Source: the human T2T-CHM13v2.0 reference genome, Homo sapiens. From it: a stretch of DNA of 64,000 nucleotides. A program made the position numbers and the translations under genes. Of this stretch, positions 61,901 through 64,000 are shown piece by piece (the stretch's first letter is position 1; each line of letters begins with the position of its first letter). The stretch lies in assembly GCF_009914755.1 (NCBI RefSeq), contig NC_060947.1; one strand, written 5' to 3'. Below the pieces are notes generated by a model. The model was not told the DNA's origin, did not search any database, and saw only the letters and a program-made list of their open reading frames with translations.

Positions 61901-63569
61901 GTACCCCTGTGTCCACCATCACTATGACTGTACTGTGTCAGACCTGAAGCCAACACAGAACTGTTTCTTACTCAAGGTCTGTTGTAACTACTCCCTGGCT
62001 ACTGTCTATGTTTGTTGAAGACCCTGAGGCTCTACAATCAGCAAGTAGAAAAGCCTGTCAGACATGTGCTTTTTCCTTCAGGGCAGTAAGTTCCCCCTGG
62101 TTGGTGGGTGCAGAGTTGCTGCCTGGGAGTTAGGACTAGTGGCAAACACTTTAGAAGTCTGTTCTGTTGTACTTCAGCTGAGCTGGCACTCACACCACAA
62201 GATGCAGTTCTTCTAACCCTTCCCTCCCCTTTTCAAAAGCAGAAGAGCCTCATTCTACAGCAACTGCCACCATAGGCAGTACTACAGACTACCTCTAATG
62301 TTTCCTTAAAGTCCAAGGGCTATTTAGTTAGCTTGTGATGAATAGTTCCTGGTCTAGGACTTACACTTTAGGGCTTTGGGCTTCCTTCTGGCCCCCAGCA
62401 GGTACAAATATGCCATCCAAGAGTCAGGTCTTAGAATCAGGAACCCCAAAAGCCTGCTTGGTGCTCTACATCTCTGTTGCCATGCTGGTACGTAAGGTGC
62501 AAGACAAAGTTTCCTTTGCTTTTCTCTGCTATTTTCAAGCACACAGAGTTTTTCCACATAGCCACCATAGGTGATAATGTGCTGAGTCTCACCTGAAGGA
62601 AGCAATTCTCAGAGGCTCATTCAAAGTCCTCAACATAGGACCTGGGTATTGCTGCTGGTTCTCTAGTACCCCAGGGTTCTTCAGTTAGCAGGTGGTGAAT
62701 GCTGCCAGGACTGGGCCCTTTTCTTCAAGGCAGCAGGTTCTCTTCCTACCCAAGGTGTTTATTTTGAGAGCTAAAGCTTGGAAATGGGGCCTCATGACTG
62801 TTACCAGTGTCCTATCCTGCTGTAACTAAGTTGATATCCAAAATTCAAGACAAAGTTCTTCCGACTTCTCTCCTCTCCTCAAGCAGAAGATTTGTTTTGG
62901 AGTTGTGAGCTGTGCAGCTTGGGCCTAGGGGAGGAGTGATGCCACCACTCTGTTATCGACCCCAGGTGGTGTCTGAGTAGCTTTCATGCTTCTCCAGTCC
63001 ACTGTCTCTGGACACAGTTCAGCACCAGGACTCACCTACAACTTACAGTTCTTATGGCCTAGACTGCCTTTCAAGTTTATTTGGAGCACAAAGTAATTTA
63101 GCCCTCTGTGGTGAAGTTTACCTGAGGTTTGCAGGAACTCAAGTTCAAACTGCTGGGATCCATGATTCCCCCCTGGCTAGGGCTAGTTTAAATGCTCCCT
63201 TTGTTGGCTAGTGTTAATTGAGTTTGGTCCAGTTATTTTTTATTTTTTTCTTCTCTAACAGGAAAGCTCTGAATTCAATGCATTACATTTGTTTTGCTAT
63301 CTCTCCCCTAGCATCCAGAGGTGCTCTCTACATCACACTGCCACTTTCAGGGGGTAGGGAAGGAGTGGCATTGGCAAACTAAGACTACTTTTTTTCTATC
63401 TCTTCAGTACCTTTTTCAGGGAGACGAAGTTAAAACTAGGTACTATGAGGGGTTATCTTATTTTTTGTTCATATAAAAGTTTTTTGTGTGCAAATAGTTT
63501 TTAAATTAGTGTCTCTGGGGGTGGGCAAAAGGTGGAGCCTTCTATGCTACCATCTTGCTCTGTCTCTTC
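55972..63569 (-). mobile_element. Apparently full-length (~7.6 kb) L1MA1-4-like element, inactivated
   Basis: L1MA 3' end at 55975; RT remnants [18 protein letters not shown]...[13 protein letters not shown]...ISIDAEKAF and FFADYMILYLEN; ORF1 region ~60660-61600; 5' terminus (minus) gagcaagatggtagcatagaaggctcc; weak TSD tataattttc / tgtgattttc. Confidence 0.88.
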
Positions 63570-63649
63570 TGTGATTTTCAAGTGGAAAGTTTTGAAAATT
63601 CCTATTAGGTCCATTTGCTTTTTGTTGTTGTTGTTGTCATTTAAAATTG

Positions 63650-63810
63650 TTAATAGTCACGCTAAAAAAATGGAAAAAGATGAACTTAATATTTTATGTA
63701 ATCCAGTGTATTTAAAATACCATCATTTTAACATGCAATCAGGTATTTTAAATTATTAATAAGATACTTTGCATTTTTTATTCTAAGTCTTTCATATATG
63801 ATGTGTATTT
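63650..63810. mobile_element. MER33/MER3-like hAT-Charlie DNA transposon fragment
   Basis: atcattttaacatgcaatca...attattaataagatacttt...ctaagtcttt...gtgtatttt. Confidence 0.6.
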
Positions 63811-63858
63811 TGTTTTTTTAATTTTTTAATTTTTTTTGTCATTCATACATGCGTTTAT

Positions 63859-64000
63859 TCTTTTTTTTTTATTATACTTTAAGTTCTAGGGTACATGTGC
63901 ACAATGTGCAGGTTTGTTACATATGTATACATGTGCCATGTTGGTGTGCTGCACCCATTAACTCGTCATTTACATTAGGTATATCTCCTAATGCTATCCC
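63859..64000 (-). mobile_element. Young L1PA (L1PA3/4-like) 3' end, running off the window
   Basis: T-tail then attatactttaagttctagggtacatgtgcacaatgtgcaggtttgttacatatg...tcctaatgctatccc, near consensus. Confidence 0.95.

Overview
Primate (human-like) genomic DNA, AT-rich and almost entirely decayed interspersed repeats: several L1 generations, Alus, MaLR LTR elements (THE1/MST), ERVL (MLT2), and a ~16 kb nest of ERV1 MER4-group proviruses. Two L1s are apparently full length with target-site duplications (TSDs). I find no supportable host gene, RNA gene, CRISPR array or intact retroelement ORF; the listed ORFs are repeat remnants or noise. I see no evidence of a new coding system. The most unusual signals are structural: (1) a ~1.15 kb TSD-flanked segment carrying ancient L2 sequence inside a much younger MSTA LTR; (2) a ~300 bp local inverted duplication inside a (TA)n tract beside a palindromic ATCAGAT array; (3) a 172 bp inverted copy of the neighbouring L1 that shares its private mutations; (4) a pure (CTT)25(CTG)12 repeat in an L1 5' UTR. 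Subfamily names are recalled from consensus sequences by eye and are approximate, as are boundaries of old elements.
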